Shown: in pieces, positions 1 to 7,296 of the stretch | Position numbering within the stretch: position 1 is the first letter of the stretch | How the letters are laid out: every line of letters begins with the position of its first letter | Assembly: GCA_017883355.1 (NCBI GenBank) | Contig: JADGNS010000011.1 | Coordinates: 1-16,648, forward strand | Length of the DNA stretch: 16,648 nucleotides | Reading direction: 5' to 3' | DNA from: Candidatus Solibacter sp. | GTDB lineage: Bacteria > Acidobacteriota > Terriglobia > Bryobacterales > Bryobacteraceae | Notes under the pieces: model-generated | The model's input: the letters and a program-made list of their open reading frames with translations, nothing else | Database searches by the model: none | What the model was told of the DNA's origin: nothing | Translations under genes and position numbers: made by a program

Positions 1-110
1 TCCTCGCCGCTACGACCGTGCTGCTGGCCGTGGTGGCCCTAGTCGCGTGCTACCTCCCCGCCCGCCGCGCCGCGCGGCTCGACCCGACCAATGCGCTGCG
101 CCACGAATGA
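1..110 (+). CDS. 3' end of an FtsX-family (MacB-like) ABC transporter permease; partial, 5' end outside the window
   Basis: Frame starting at nt 3 reads LAATTVLLAVVALVACYLPARRAARLDPTNALRHE, with TGA at 108-110. A hydrophobic last TM helix followed by P-A-R-R-A-x-R-x-D-P-x-x-A-L-R-x-E is the characteristic C-terminus of FtsX/MacB-type permeases. Not in the ORF track because it is truncated. Confidence 0.7.
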   Translation, partial: LAATTVLLAVVALVACYLPARRAARLDPTNALRHE

Positions 111-229
111 GGGGCTGAGGAAGAAAGAGGGGCGCACGCGGCAGATAACTGTCCCTGATTGAGTTCGAAACGGAAAGGAAAAGCGCTGAGGGAGAAGAGG
201 AGGAAAACAGGAGGCAAGAGGTGAATAGC

Positions 230-255
230 GGGGGAAGGGCTGGCGCCCCTCCCCC
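230..255 (-). terminator. GC-rich stem-loop 10 nt downstream of the rplQ stop; candidate terminator of the ribosomal-protein array, possibly bidirectional
   Basis: Plus strand is GGGGGAAGGGC-TGGC-GCCCCTCCCCC. This gives 11 stem positions with one A:C mismatch on the plus-strand RNA, which becomes a G:U wobble on the minus-strand RNA, so the stem is fully paired there. The downstream minus-strand sequence is C/U-rich (GCUAUUCACCUCUUGCCUCCUGUUUUCC) but has no clean U-tract. Confidence 0.45.
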
Positions 256-265
256 GTAGGAACCG

Positions 266-721
266 CTACTTCTCTTCTTCCGGCTCTTCGTGATCGCGGC
301 CTTCGCGCGCCGCTTTCAAACGCTCCTCGCGGCGCTTGGCCCGGTCGGCCGCGCGCTTCACCAGCTCGCTGCCCACCAGTTCGATCATCGCCTGCTCGGC
401 GCCATCGCCCTTACGGGGTCCGAGGCGTACGATGCGGGTATAGCCGCCATTGCGCTGTCCGAACCGGGTGCCCAGCGTATCGAACAACTTCTTGACGGAA
501 TCCGGCGTGCGCAGCACCATGGCCGCCTGACGGCGCGAGTGCAGCGTATCCGTCTTGGCCAGCGTGATCATGTGTTCCACCAGCGGCCGAACGGCCTTCG
601 CCTTCGGAACCGTGGTGACCACGCGCTCGGCTTCGATGATGCTCGTGGCGAGATTGCGCAAGAGCGCATCGCGGCCGCTCGTGGTCCGCTTTAGTTTATA
701 TCCAGCGTACTTGTGTCTCAT
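266..721 (-). CDS. rplQ: 50S ribosomal protein bL17
   Basis: ATG at 719-721, TAG at 266-268, 151 aa. Sequence MRHKYAGYKLKRTTSGRDALLRNLATSII... is a typical bL17 N-terminus. It lies 3 nt after the rpoA stop, the canonical last gene of the alpha operon. It has a charged C-terminal tail. Confidence 0.95.
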   Translation of the reverse strand: MRHKYAGYKLKRTTSGRDALLRNLATSIIEAERVVTTVPKAKAVRPLVEHMITLAKTDTLHSRRQAAMVLRTPDSVKKLFDTLGTRFGQRNGGYTRIVRLGPRKGDGAEQAMIELVGSELVKRAADRAKRREERLKAAREGRDHEEPEEEK

Positions 722-724
722 GCG

Positions 725-1768
725 CTACTCCCCCAGCTCCGGCTGGCCTTCGTCCTCGGGGCCGTAGTCGGTCACGCCGCCGGCCTGCGGAGGCGGCGCT
801 ACCAGCCGGCCGTGCTGATCGATGCGCATGCCCAGGCCGAGGCCCATATTCGCCAGGATTTCCTTGATTTCGTTGAGCGACTTGCGGCCGAAATTCTTGG
901 TGCGCAGCATTTCGGCTTCGGTCTTTTGCACCAGTTCCCCGATGCTCTGGATGTTGGCGTTCTTCAGGCAGTTGTAGGAGCGAACGCTCAATTCCAGTTC
1001 TTCCACGGAGCGGTTGAGGACTTCGTTGATCTTGTCCATGCCGCGCTCGCTGACTTCCTCGGTCTGCTCCGCCACTTCCTCGAAGTTGATGAAGATCGTC
1101 ATGTGATCCTTCAACAACTTCGCGGCGTAGCCGATGGAATCCTGCGGCGAAACCGCGCCGTTGGTCCAGACCTCCAGGGTCAGCTTGTCGTAATCGGTCA
1201 TTTGGCCGAGGCGCGCCGCTTCCACACTGAAATTGCACTTGCGTACGGGCGAGTGCACCGAATCGATCGGAATGTAACCCAGCGCCAGATCCTCGTCGAA
1301 GTTTTTGTCCGCGCTCACGTAACCGCGCCCCACCTTCAGGCGCATTTCGATGGAAAGCCTGCCGCCTTCGCTCACCGTGGCCACGTGGACGTCGCGGTCC
1401 AGCACTTCCACGTCCGCGTCGGTTTCAATCTGTCCGCTGCGCACGTCGCCATGCTGGTCCACACTCAGGCGAACGGTTTTCACGCCGTCGCCCATGATTT
1501 TGAAGGGAATCTGCTTCAGGTTCAAAATGATATCGGTGGCGTCCTCGACTACGCCCGGAATCGGGCTGAATTCGTGTTCCACGCCTTCGATACGAACCGC
1601 CGTGATGGCCGCGCCTTCAATCGAACTCAGCAGCACGCGGCGCAGACTGTTGCCGATGGTGGTGCCGAACCCGCGCTGAAAAGGCTGGGCCGTAAACATA
1701 CCATACCGTTCCGTAAGCGTCTCGGTATTGGCAACCAAACGTTTGGGTTTCTGAAAGCCCTTAAACAT
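725..1768 (-). CDS. rpoA: DNA-directed RNA polymerase alpha subunit
   Basis: Track ORF 725-1819 trimmed to ATG 1766-1768 ([12 protein letters not shown]...), with GAGG 5 nt upstream. NTD motif [17 protein letters not shown] and CTD helix-hairpin-helix motif [15 protein letters not shown] are present. 347 aa. Confidence 0.93.
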   Translation of the reverse strand: MFKGFQKPKRLVANTETLTERYGMFTAQPFQRGFGTTIGNSLRRVLLSSIEGAAITAVRIEGVEHEFSPIPGVVEDATDIILNLKQIPFKIMGDGVKTVRLSVDQHGDVRSGQIETDADVEVLDRDVHVATVSEGGRLSIEMRLKVGRGYVSADKNFDEDLALGYIPIDSVHSPVRKCNFSVEAARLGQMTDYDKLTLEVWTNGAVSPQDSIGYAAKLLKDHMTIFINFEEVAEQTEEVSERGMDKINEVLNRSVEELELSVRSYNCLKNANIQSIGELVQKTEAEMLRTKNFGRKSLNEIKEILANMGLGLGMRIDQHGRLVAPPPQAGGVTDYGPEDEGQPELGE

Positions 1769-1810
1769 AGAATCCTCGCTTGAGCCCCGTCTCCGGAACT
1801 CCCCATGGAA

Positions 1811-1827
1811 GGCGCGCAAAGCGCGCC
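1811..1827 (-). promoter_or_regulatory. Perfect 7-bp GC hairpin in the rpsD-rpoA spacer
   Basis: GGCGCGC-AAA-GCGCGCC, a perfect inverted repeat starting 8 nt downstream of the rpsD stop. On the minus strand it is followed by UUCCAUGG, so there is no U-tract. Function unknown. Confidence 0.3.
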
Positions 1828-1834
1828 GGTCCGC

Positions 1835-2467
1835 TTACTTTGAGTACAACTCGACGATGAGCTGCTCGTTCAACTGGATCTGCACCAAATCCTCGCGCTT
1901 CGGCAGGCTCTGTATGCGACCCTTCAAACCTTCCCGGTCCACATCGATCCAATTCGGCGCCGGCGCGTGCGCCGTGGCGTCGCGGGCGGCCAGAATGGTG
2001 GCATTGTTCTTGCTGCTTTCGCGGACCGAAATCACGTCGCCCACTTTGACCAGCGCGGAGGGAATGTTGCACTTGCGGCCGTTGAGGTCGATATGACCGT
2101 GGTGCACTACCTGGCGGGCCTGGGCGCGGCTGGTGCCGAAACCCATGCGGAAGATGACGCTGTCCATGCGGCGTTCCAGGTTCTGCATCAGGTTTTCGCC
2201 GGTGATCCCCTTCTGCAACGCCGCCTTCTCGAACGTGATGCGGAACTGGCGTTCCAGCACGCCGTAGATGCGGCGGACTTTCTGTTTCTCGCGAAGCTGC
2301 AGGCCGTAGCCGACAATCTTCTTGGCGCGGTCCTTACCATGCTGCCCCGGAATGAAGTTGCGCTTTTCGATGGCGCACTTCTCGCTGTGGCAGCGCTCGC
2401 CTTTGAGGTAGAGTTTCATGCCCTCGCGCCGGCATTGCCGGCAAACGGGGCCAATATATCTTGCCAA
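1835..2467 (-). CDS. rpsD: 30S ribosomal protein uS4, zinc-knuckle form
   Basis: Start codon is TTG (reverse complement of caa at 2465-2467), preceded by AAGGAG with an 8-nt spacer. N-terminus MARYIGPVCRQCRREGMKLYLKGERCHSEKC has Cys at 9, 12, 26 and 31. TAA at 1835-1837, 210 aa. Confidence 0.95.
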   Translation of the reverse strand: MARYIGPVCRQCRREGMKLYLKGERCHSEKCAIEKRNFIPGQHGKDRAKKIVGYGLQLREKQKVRRIYGVLERQFRITFEKAALQKGITGENLMQNLERRMDSVIFRMGFGTSRAQARQVVHHGHIDLNGRKCNIPSALVKVGDVISVRESSKNNATILAARDATAHAPAPNWIDVDREGLKGRIQSLPKREDLVQIQLNEQLIVELYSK

Positions 2468-2593
2468 GTTGCTTTCTCCTTACCTTTTTCTGACTCAGGT
2501 GCGGTTTACGGCCATGGCAGGCCTTCGTCCCGCTTAATAATCGCTCCCTAACGGTCGCGGCTCCGATCAAGCCGCGCGCGTCAGCAAGCGCTT
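2468..2593 (-). promoter_or_regulatory. 126-nt rpsK-rpsD spacer, the longest non-coding gap in the array; contains a 7-bp hairpin at 2556-2576
   Basis: Minus-strand CGCGGCU-UGAUCGG-AGCCGCG hairpin starts 17 nt after the rpsK stop. There is a GGCC-N6-GGCC palindrome at 2511-2524 and an AT-rich patch GATTATTAAG. No convincing -35/-10 pair was found by eye. Confidence 0.25.
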
Positions 2594-3034
2594 CTACACT
2601 CTGCGCTTCTTGGGAGGACGGCACCCGTTGTGCGGGATGGGCGTCACATCCTTGATGGCGCGGACTTCGATACCGGCGGTGCTCAAGGCGCGGACCGCCG
2701 ATTCGCGGCCCGAACCGGGGCCGGAAACGCGCACTTCCACTACCCGCAGCCCGCTTTCGTTAGCCTTGTTGGCCGCCGTCATGGCCGCCTGCTGGGCGGC
2801 GAAGGGAGTGCCCTTGCGCGATCCGCGAAAGCCCAGCGAACCGGCGCTCGACCAGGAAATCACGTTGCCTTCCTGATCGCTGATGGTCACGATGGTGTTG
2901 TTGAACGTGGCCTGGACGTGCACGATGCCCGTGTGGACGACGCGCTTTTCCTTCTTCTTAAAGCTCTTCTTCTTGCCTGCTTTGGCTGCTGGTTTGCCTG
3001 CCACTTTGCCTGCTTTAACTGGTGCTTTTGCCAT
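2594..3034 (-). CDS. rpsK: 30S ribosomal protein uS11
   Basis: ATG at 3032-3034, TAG at 2594-2596, 146 aa. Motifs ...[16 protein letters not shown]...[11 protein letters not shown]...[16 protein letters not shown] are canonical uS11. It has an Ala/Lys-rich N-terminal extension. Confidence 0.96.
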   Translation of the reverse strand: MAKAPVKAGKVAGKPAAKAGKKKSFKKKEKRVVHTGIVHVQATFNNTIVTISDQEGNVISWSSAGSLGFRGSRKGTPFAAQQAAMTAANKANESGLRVVEVRVSGPGSGRESAVRALSTAGIEVRAIKDVTPIPHNGCRPPKKRRV

Positions 3035-3040
3035 ACGATC

Positions 3041-3427
3041 CTATGTCTTACCCGTCGCCTTCTTCTTGTTCGCAACGGTGCCGCGGCGCGGACCCTTGCG
3101 GGTGCGGGCGTTGGTATGCGTGCGCTGCCCGCGTACCGGCAGGCTGCGGCGGTGCCGCAATCCGCGGTAGGAACCCATCTCGATGTGCCGCTTGATGTTC
3201 ATCGAGATTTCTTTGCGCAGGTCGCCTTCGACCGCGCCCTCTTCTTCCAGAATCGTACGAATATGGTTGACTTCGTCTTCCGTCAGATCGCGAATCTTCT
3301 TATTGAAGTCAATCCCGCACCGGTAAAGCAGAGACTTCGAACGGGTACGGCCGATGCCGTAGATGTACGTAAGCCCGATCTCGGCTCTCTTCCCAGGCGG
3401 CAAATCCACACCGGCTAAACGTGCCAT
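3041..3427 (-). CDS. rpsM: 30S ribosomal protein uS13
   Basis: Track ORF 3041-3490 trimmed to ATG 3425-3427 ([26 protein letters not shown]...), the canonical uS13 N-terminus. The longer ORF would run through rpmJ. Confidence 0.93.
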   Translation of the reverse strand: MARLAGVDLPPGKRAEIGLTYIYGIGRTRSKSLLYRCGIDFNKKIRDLTEDEVNHIRTILEEEGAVEGDLRKEISMNIKRHIEMGSYRGLRHRRSLPVRGQRTHTNARTRKGPRRGTVANKKKATGKT

Positions 3428-3437
3428 ATATCTTCTC

Positions 3438-3551
3438 TTATCCCTGTCTCTGTTTGTGTTTCGGGTTGACGCAAATGACACGCACCACACCTTCGCGGTG
3501 GATCACCTTGCACTTGTCGCAAATCTTCTTTACCGACGCTCGTACCTTCAT
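3438..3551 (-). CDS. rpmJ: 50S ribosomal protein bL36, zinc-binding form
   Basis: Absent from the ORF track because it is too short. Hand translation of the minus strand gives [37 protein letters not shown] (37 aa). ATG at 3549-3551, TAA at 3438-3440, GAGG 4 nt upstream, C-x2-C-x12-C-x4-H motif. It sits in the canonical position between infA and rpsM. Confidence 0.93.
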   Translation of the reverse strand: MKVRASVKKICDKCKVIHREGVVRVICVNPKHKQRQG

Positions 3552-3586
3552 AAAACCTCTCGGCGGGCGCGCTGGGCTGCCCCGCC

Positions 3587-3814
3587 TTATAACTTTCGCG
3601 TAATCCTGCCACGCGTCGGATCGTGAGGCGATAACTCCACCTCGACCCTATCGCCCGGAACCAACCGGACAAAATTCCTTTTTACCGCGCCCACCAGGTG
3701 GGCCAAAACCTTTTGCTGCCCTTCCAACACCACCGAGTAGATGGCGCTGGGCCGCTCTTCCACCACCGTGGCCGCTACCTTCCGGCCCCCGCTTACGGCC
3801 TCGTCAGCACCCAC
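3587..3814 (-). CDS. infA: Translation initiation factor IF-1 (divergent); start inferred as GTG
   Basis: S1/OB-fold IF-1 core ...[63 protein letters not shown] at 3587-3589. The only in-frame ATG (3887-3889) would add about 25 non-homologous residues and overlap map by 97 nt. GTG at 3812-3814 has GGAG 8 nt upstream and gives 75 aa. GTGs at 3766 and 3763 are alternatives. Confidence 0.8.
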   Translation of the reverse strand: MGADEAVSGGRKVAATVVEERPSAIYSVVLEGQQKVLAHLVGAVKRNFVRLVPGDRVEVELSPHDPTRGRITRKL

Positions 3815-4563
3815 GGTCCGTTCTCCGTCACCGCGATGCAATGCTCGAAATGAGCCGAGTTCGAGCCATCCTTCGTGACCGCCGTCCATTTGTCCTTCAA
3901 CACCACAGCGTCCGCCTTGCCGGCGTTGACCATCGGCTCTACCGCCAACACCATCCCCGCCTTCAACCGCGGATTCTCATTCTTGCGATCCACGTAGTTG
4001 GGAACCTGCGGTTCCTCGTGGAGCTGGGTGCCGATACCGTGGCCCACATACTCCCGGACAATCGAAAACCCGTTTCCCCTGACGTACTTTTCCACCGTAC
4101 CGCACACGTCGAACAGCCGGTTTCCGGGCCGCACCTGATCGATGGCCAGTTCCAGGGATTCCTGCGTCACCTGGAGCAGCTTGCGCGTCTGCTCGCTGAT
4201 CTCACCGATCGGCACGGTAATGGCCGAATCGCCATAATACCCGTCCAGCTTCACCCCGGTGTCGATGGAAACGATATCGCCCTTTTTGAGGATCCGTTTC
4301 ACATTCGGCATCCCGTGGACAATCTCGTTGTTCACCGAGGTACACAACACAAACTTGAAAGCCTCGCCCGCCGCCGGCACGTAGTAACCCTTAAATGCGG
4401 GCTTCGCTCCGGCATCGGCGATCATCTTCTCGGCGGTCACTTCGAGGTCCATCGTGCTGACCCCCTCCACCGCCATCTCCTTCAGCTTCTGCAGAACCTG
4501 CCACACAAGAAGACCGCTTCGCCGCATCTTCTCTAATTCGGCGGCGGTTTTTCGAACGATCAA
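3793..4563 (-). CDS. map: Type I methionine aminopeptidase
   Basis: The track ORF starts at a TTG at 4617. I prefer the TTG at 4561-4563, which has GGAG 5 nt upstream, gives the canonical N-terminus M-IVRKTAAELEKMRRSG, and overlaps the adk stop as TTGA. Metal-ligand contexts are DIVSIDTG, GYYGDSA, GHGIG, LAVEPM and SAHFEH. 256 aa, TAA at 3793-3795. Confidence 0.85.
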   Translation of the reverse strand: MIVRKTAAELEKMRRSGLLVWQVLQKLKEMAVEGVSTMDLEVTAEKMIADAGAKPAFKGYYVPAAGEAFKFVLCTSVNNEIVHGMPNVKRILKKGDIVSIDTGVKLDGYYGDSAITVPIGEISEQTRKLLQVTQESLELAIDQVRPGNRLFDVCGTVEKYVRGNGFSIVREYVGHGIGTQLHEEPQVPNYVDRKNENPRLKAGMVLAVEPMVNAGKADAVVLKDKWTAVTKDGSNSAHFEHCIAVTENGPWVLTRP

Positions 4564-5213
4564 GCTGACTCCATCATCTGGCAAATCTTGCGGTGCAACG
4601 TCTCCGGCGGATCGCAACTGGCATCCACCTCAACCATCCGGTGGCCCGATGCCCGGAAGTACTCCAGCACCGGCCGCGTCTGCCGGTCATACGCGTCCAA
4701 CCGCCCGCGAATCACGGCCTCGCTATCGTCATCCCGGACGACCAGTTCCTCCCCGTCCAGATCGCACACCCCCGCCACCCGCGGCGGGTGCGAGGATACA
4801 TTGTACAGAGTGCCGCAGCGGGGACACTGGCGGCGTCCGGTCAAACGGGCAATAATAACATTATAATCCACCGCGAGGTGGATCACCACCTCATGGATTC
4901 CCCGCCCCGCCAGCCACTCCGACAGGTGCCCCGCCTGGTCCAGCGTCCGCGGGTATCCATCCAAAATAAAACCGCGCGCGGCGTCCGCTTCACTCAGCCG
5001 CTCTTTCACCATCTCATTCACCACCAGATCGGGAACCAGCGCCCCCAATTGCATGGTCGCCACCATCCCCGTCTCCGACTCGGAGCCCGAACGAATCCGG
5101 CCCCTCAGCATGTCCCCGGTCGAGATATGGGGCACCATCAGGCATTGCGTCAACATCTTTGCCTGTGTACCCTTCCCCGAGCCTGGCGAGCCGAACAGTA
5201 CGATGGCCTTCAC
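4560..5213 (-). CDS. adk: Adenylate kinase with a Cys3-Asp zinc lid
   Basis: Track ORF trimmed to GTG 5211-5213, giving M-KAIVLFGSPGSGKGTQAKML (P-loop at the expected position) and 217 aa. With this start the lid ligands fall at C130, C133, C150 and D153 (CPRC-x16-CDLD), matching the Gram-positive-type zinc lid numbering. The start is 10 nt after the secY stop. Confidence 0.88.
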   Translation of the reverse strand: MKAIVLFGSPGSGKGTQAKMLTQCLMVPHISTGDMLRGRIRSGSESETGMVATMQLGALVPDLVVNEMVKERLSEADAARGFILDGYPRTLDQAGHLSEWLAGRGIHEVVIHLAVDYNVIIARLTGRRQCPRCGTLYNVSSHPPRVAGVCDLDGEELVVRDDDSEAVIRGRLDAYDRQTRPVLEYFRASGHRMVEVDASCDPPETLHRKICQMMESA

Positions 5214-5223
5214 AAAATAAGAA

Positions 5224-6615
5224 CTAGCGGCGCCCACGAATACGGCCCGATCGCGGCGTGAACCCTTCATAGTGCCGCATGATGAGTTGCGCTTCGATCT
5301 GGTTGATCGTATCCATGGCCACACCGACGACAATCAACAAAGATGTGCCGCCAAAGTAGAAATTCACGCCCAAGCCTTCCAGAATGAAGCGGGGCGAAAC
5401 GCGGTCGATCCAGTTGCCGAGCAACGGCAGATGGTTCAACTTGATCCCGGAGATCATGATGTCCGGAATCAGGCATAGGATCGACAGATAAATACCGCCC
5501 ACCACCGTAATCTTGGTGAGGATGTTGTTCATGTAATCGGCCGTATTGCGGCCGGGGCGGATGCCTGGAATGAAGCCGCCATACTTGCGCATGTTGTCGG
5601 CGGCCTCATTGGGATTGAAAATAATCGAAACGTAGAAGAAACAGAAGAAGATGATGCCGGCCACGAACAGGCAGTAGTAGAGCGGTTCGCCGTGCTGGAT
5701 GCTCTTCAGGGACGCCGACAGCCAGGCTATGTTCTTTACCCAGGGGAACTGCGCCAGCGTCGCCGGGAAGGCCAGGATCGAGGAAGCGAAGATGACCGGA
5801 ATCACACCGCCGGCGTTGACCTTGAGCGGCATGTGAGTGGATTGCCCGCCCATCACGCGGCGGCCCACTACGCGCTTGGCGTACTGCACCGGAATCCGGC
5901 GCTCGCCGCGCTCCACCAGGACGATGAAGGCTACCACGGCAATCATCATGGCGATCAGCATGATCAGCGTGATGGCGCCCCAGTCGTGGATGGTAAACAC
6001 GTGCTGATAAATGTTGGCGATGGCGTTCGGCAGCCCCACCACGATTCCGGTGAAGATAATCAGCGACATGCCGTTGCCGATCCCGCGCTCGCTGATCTGC
6101 TCGCCCAGCCACATGATGAACGCGGTGCCGGTAGTCAGAGAGATGACGGTTAGAGAAACAAAGCCGATGCCCGGGTTGATCACGATGCCCTGCTGCATCG
6201 CCTGCAAGCCCTGCGCGATCCCGAACGATTGCAGAACCGAGAGGATGATGGTCAGGTAGCGCGTCCACTGCGTGATCTTGCGGCGGCCCAGTTCGCCTTC
6301 CTTCTGTAACTTTTCGAGCGTGGGGACGACTACCGTGAGCAATTGCAGAATGATCGACGCCGTAATGTACGGCATGATCCCTAGAGCAAAAATCGTCAGC
6401 CGCCGGATGTTGCCGCCCGCGAACAGATCGAAGAAACCGAAGATCGATCCCGAGTTGGAGTTAAAGAACTCCTCCCAGCGCGTGATGTTGATCCCAGGCG
6501 TGGGGATGTGGCCGCCCAGGCGGTACACCGCCAGCAAACCTAACGCGAACAAAAGCCGCTTGCGGAGGTCCGGTACCCGAAAGATGTTCGCGAACGCTTC
6601 AAATAGCTTGTTCAT
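5224..6615 (-). CDS. secY: Preprotein translocase subunit SecY
   Basis: ATG at 6613-6615, TAG at 5224-5226, 463 aa, multi-pass hydrophobic protein. It has the SecY signature GIMPYITASIILQLL and the usual position after rplO. Confidence 0.96.
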   Translation of the reverse strand: MNKLFEAFANIFRVPDLRKRLLFALGLLAVYRLGGHIPTPGINITRWEEFFNSNSGSIFGFFDLFAGGNIRRLTIFALGIMPYITASIILQLLTVVVPTLEKLQKEGELGRRKITQWTRYLTIILSVLQSFGIAQGLQAMQQGIVINPGIGFVSLTVISLTTGTAFIMWLGEQISERGIGNGMSLIIFTGIVVGLPNAIANIYQHVFTIHDWGAITLIMLIAMMIAVVAFIVLVERGERRIPVQYAKRVVGRRVMGGQSTHMPLKVNAGGVIPVIFASSILAFPATLAQFPWVKNIAWLSASLKSIQHGEPLYYCLFVAGIIFFCFFYVSIIFNPNEAADNMRKYGGFIPGIRPGRNTADYMNNILTKITVVGGIYLSILCLIPDIMISGIKLNHLPLLGNWIDRVSPRFILEGLGVNFYFGGTSLLIVVGVAMDTINQIEAQLIMRHYEGFTPRSGRIRGRR

Positions 6616-6636
6616 GGTACCCTTCGATTCCCAACG

Positions 6637-7089
6637 CTACTCGCTCTTAGCGCCAATCACCTGCGCCGTTCCGCCGGACGCCTGGATCTTCTCCAGGGCC
6701 GACTTGGAAAAGTGGTGGGCTTCCACCGTAATTTTGCGCGTCAATATACCGGTGCCCAGGATCTTCAGGCCATCGTGGACCTTATGGATCACGCCCGCCG
6801 CCAGCAGACTGTCCACGTTGAACGTGTCGCCTTCCAGTTTCTCCAGCTTGCCGAGATTGACAATCGCGAACTGCTTCTTGAAGATGTTGGTAAATCCGCG
6901 CTTGGGCAGCCGGCGGTGCAACGGCATCTGGCCGCCTTCAAATCCGCGCTTCTGGCTGAAGCCGGTGCCGGCGCGCTGCCCCTTGGAGCCGCGCGTCGAG
7001 GTCTTGCCCATCCCCGAGCCCATGCCGCGGCCGATGCGCTTGCTGCGCTTCACCTGGCCGGCGGGAGGTTTTAATCCGCTGAGATTCAT
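6637..7089 (-). CDS. rplO: 50S ribosomal protein uL15
   Basis: MNLSGLKPPAGQVKRSKRIGRGMGSGMGKTSTRGSKGQ... is the Gly/Arg-rich uL15 N-terminal signature. ATG at 7087-7089, TAG at 6637-6639, 150 aa. Confidence 0.96.
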   Translation of the reverse strand: MNLSGLKPPAGQVKRSKRIGRGMGSGMGKTSTRGSKGQRAGTGFSQKRGFEGGQMPLHRRLPKRGFTNIFKKQFAIVNLGKLEKLEGDTFNVDSLLAAGVIHKVHDGLKILGTGILTRKITVEAHHFSKSALEKIQASGGTAQVIGAKSE

Positions 7090-7099
7090 ATCTGTCTCC

Positions 7100-7279
7100 T
7101 TACTCGACCACTTGCAACAGGTGCGGAACCTTCTTGACCATGCCGCGGAATACCGGCGTGTCCGGCCGCACCACCACCTGGTTCAGCTTGCGCAATCCCA
7201 GGCCCTTCACCACGCGCTTCTGCTTCTCGGGAGTGCAGATCGGGCTGCGGACGAGTTTAATCTTGATCATGCCTTCCAT
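7100..7279 (-). CDS. rpmD: 50S ribosomal protein uL30
   Basis: Absent from the ORF track. Hand translation gives MEGMIKIKLVRSPICTPEKQKRVVKGLGLRKLNQVVVRPDTPVFRGMVKKVPHLLQVVE (59 aa), TAA at 7100-7102. ATG at 7277-7279 has AAGGGG 11 nt upstream. The in-frame ATG at 7268-7270 (56 aa) is an alternative, but its SD spacing is too short. It sits in the canonical slot between rpsE and rplO. Confidence 0.88.
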   Translation of the reverse strand: MEGMIKIKLVRSPICTPEKQKRVVKGLGLRKLNQVVVRPDTPVFRGMVKKVPHLLQVVE

Positions 7280-7296
7280 ATAGAGCTTGACCCCTT

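Noticed and set aside
221-259. 12-codon mini-ORF (GTG AAT AGC GGG GGA AGG GCT GGC GCC CCT CCC CCG TAG) with a perfect AGGAGG 6 nt upstream
   Set aside because: It is tiny and embedded in the terminator hairpin of a convergent spacer. The SD-like match is one of many in a purine-rich tract, so chance occurrence is the simplest explanation. It is mentioned only under the spacer finding.
2468-2593. Possible sigma-70 type internal promoter in the rpsK-rpsD spacer (TTGCTG or TTGATC with TATTAA)
   Set aside because: The -35-like and -10-like hexamers are about 25 nt or more apart or lack a partner at 16-18 nt. No convincing promoter can be called by eye, so it is kept only as an unspecified regulatory spacer.
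3562-3586. GGCGGG-N13-CCCGCC inverted repeat between infA and rpmJ
   Set aside because: It has only a 6-bp stem with a 13-nt loop in GC-rich DNA, so it is easily formed by chance. It is not strong enough to call a feature.
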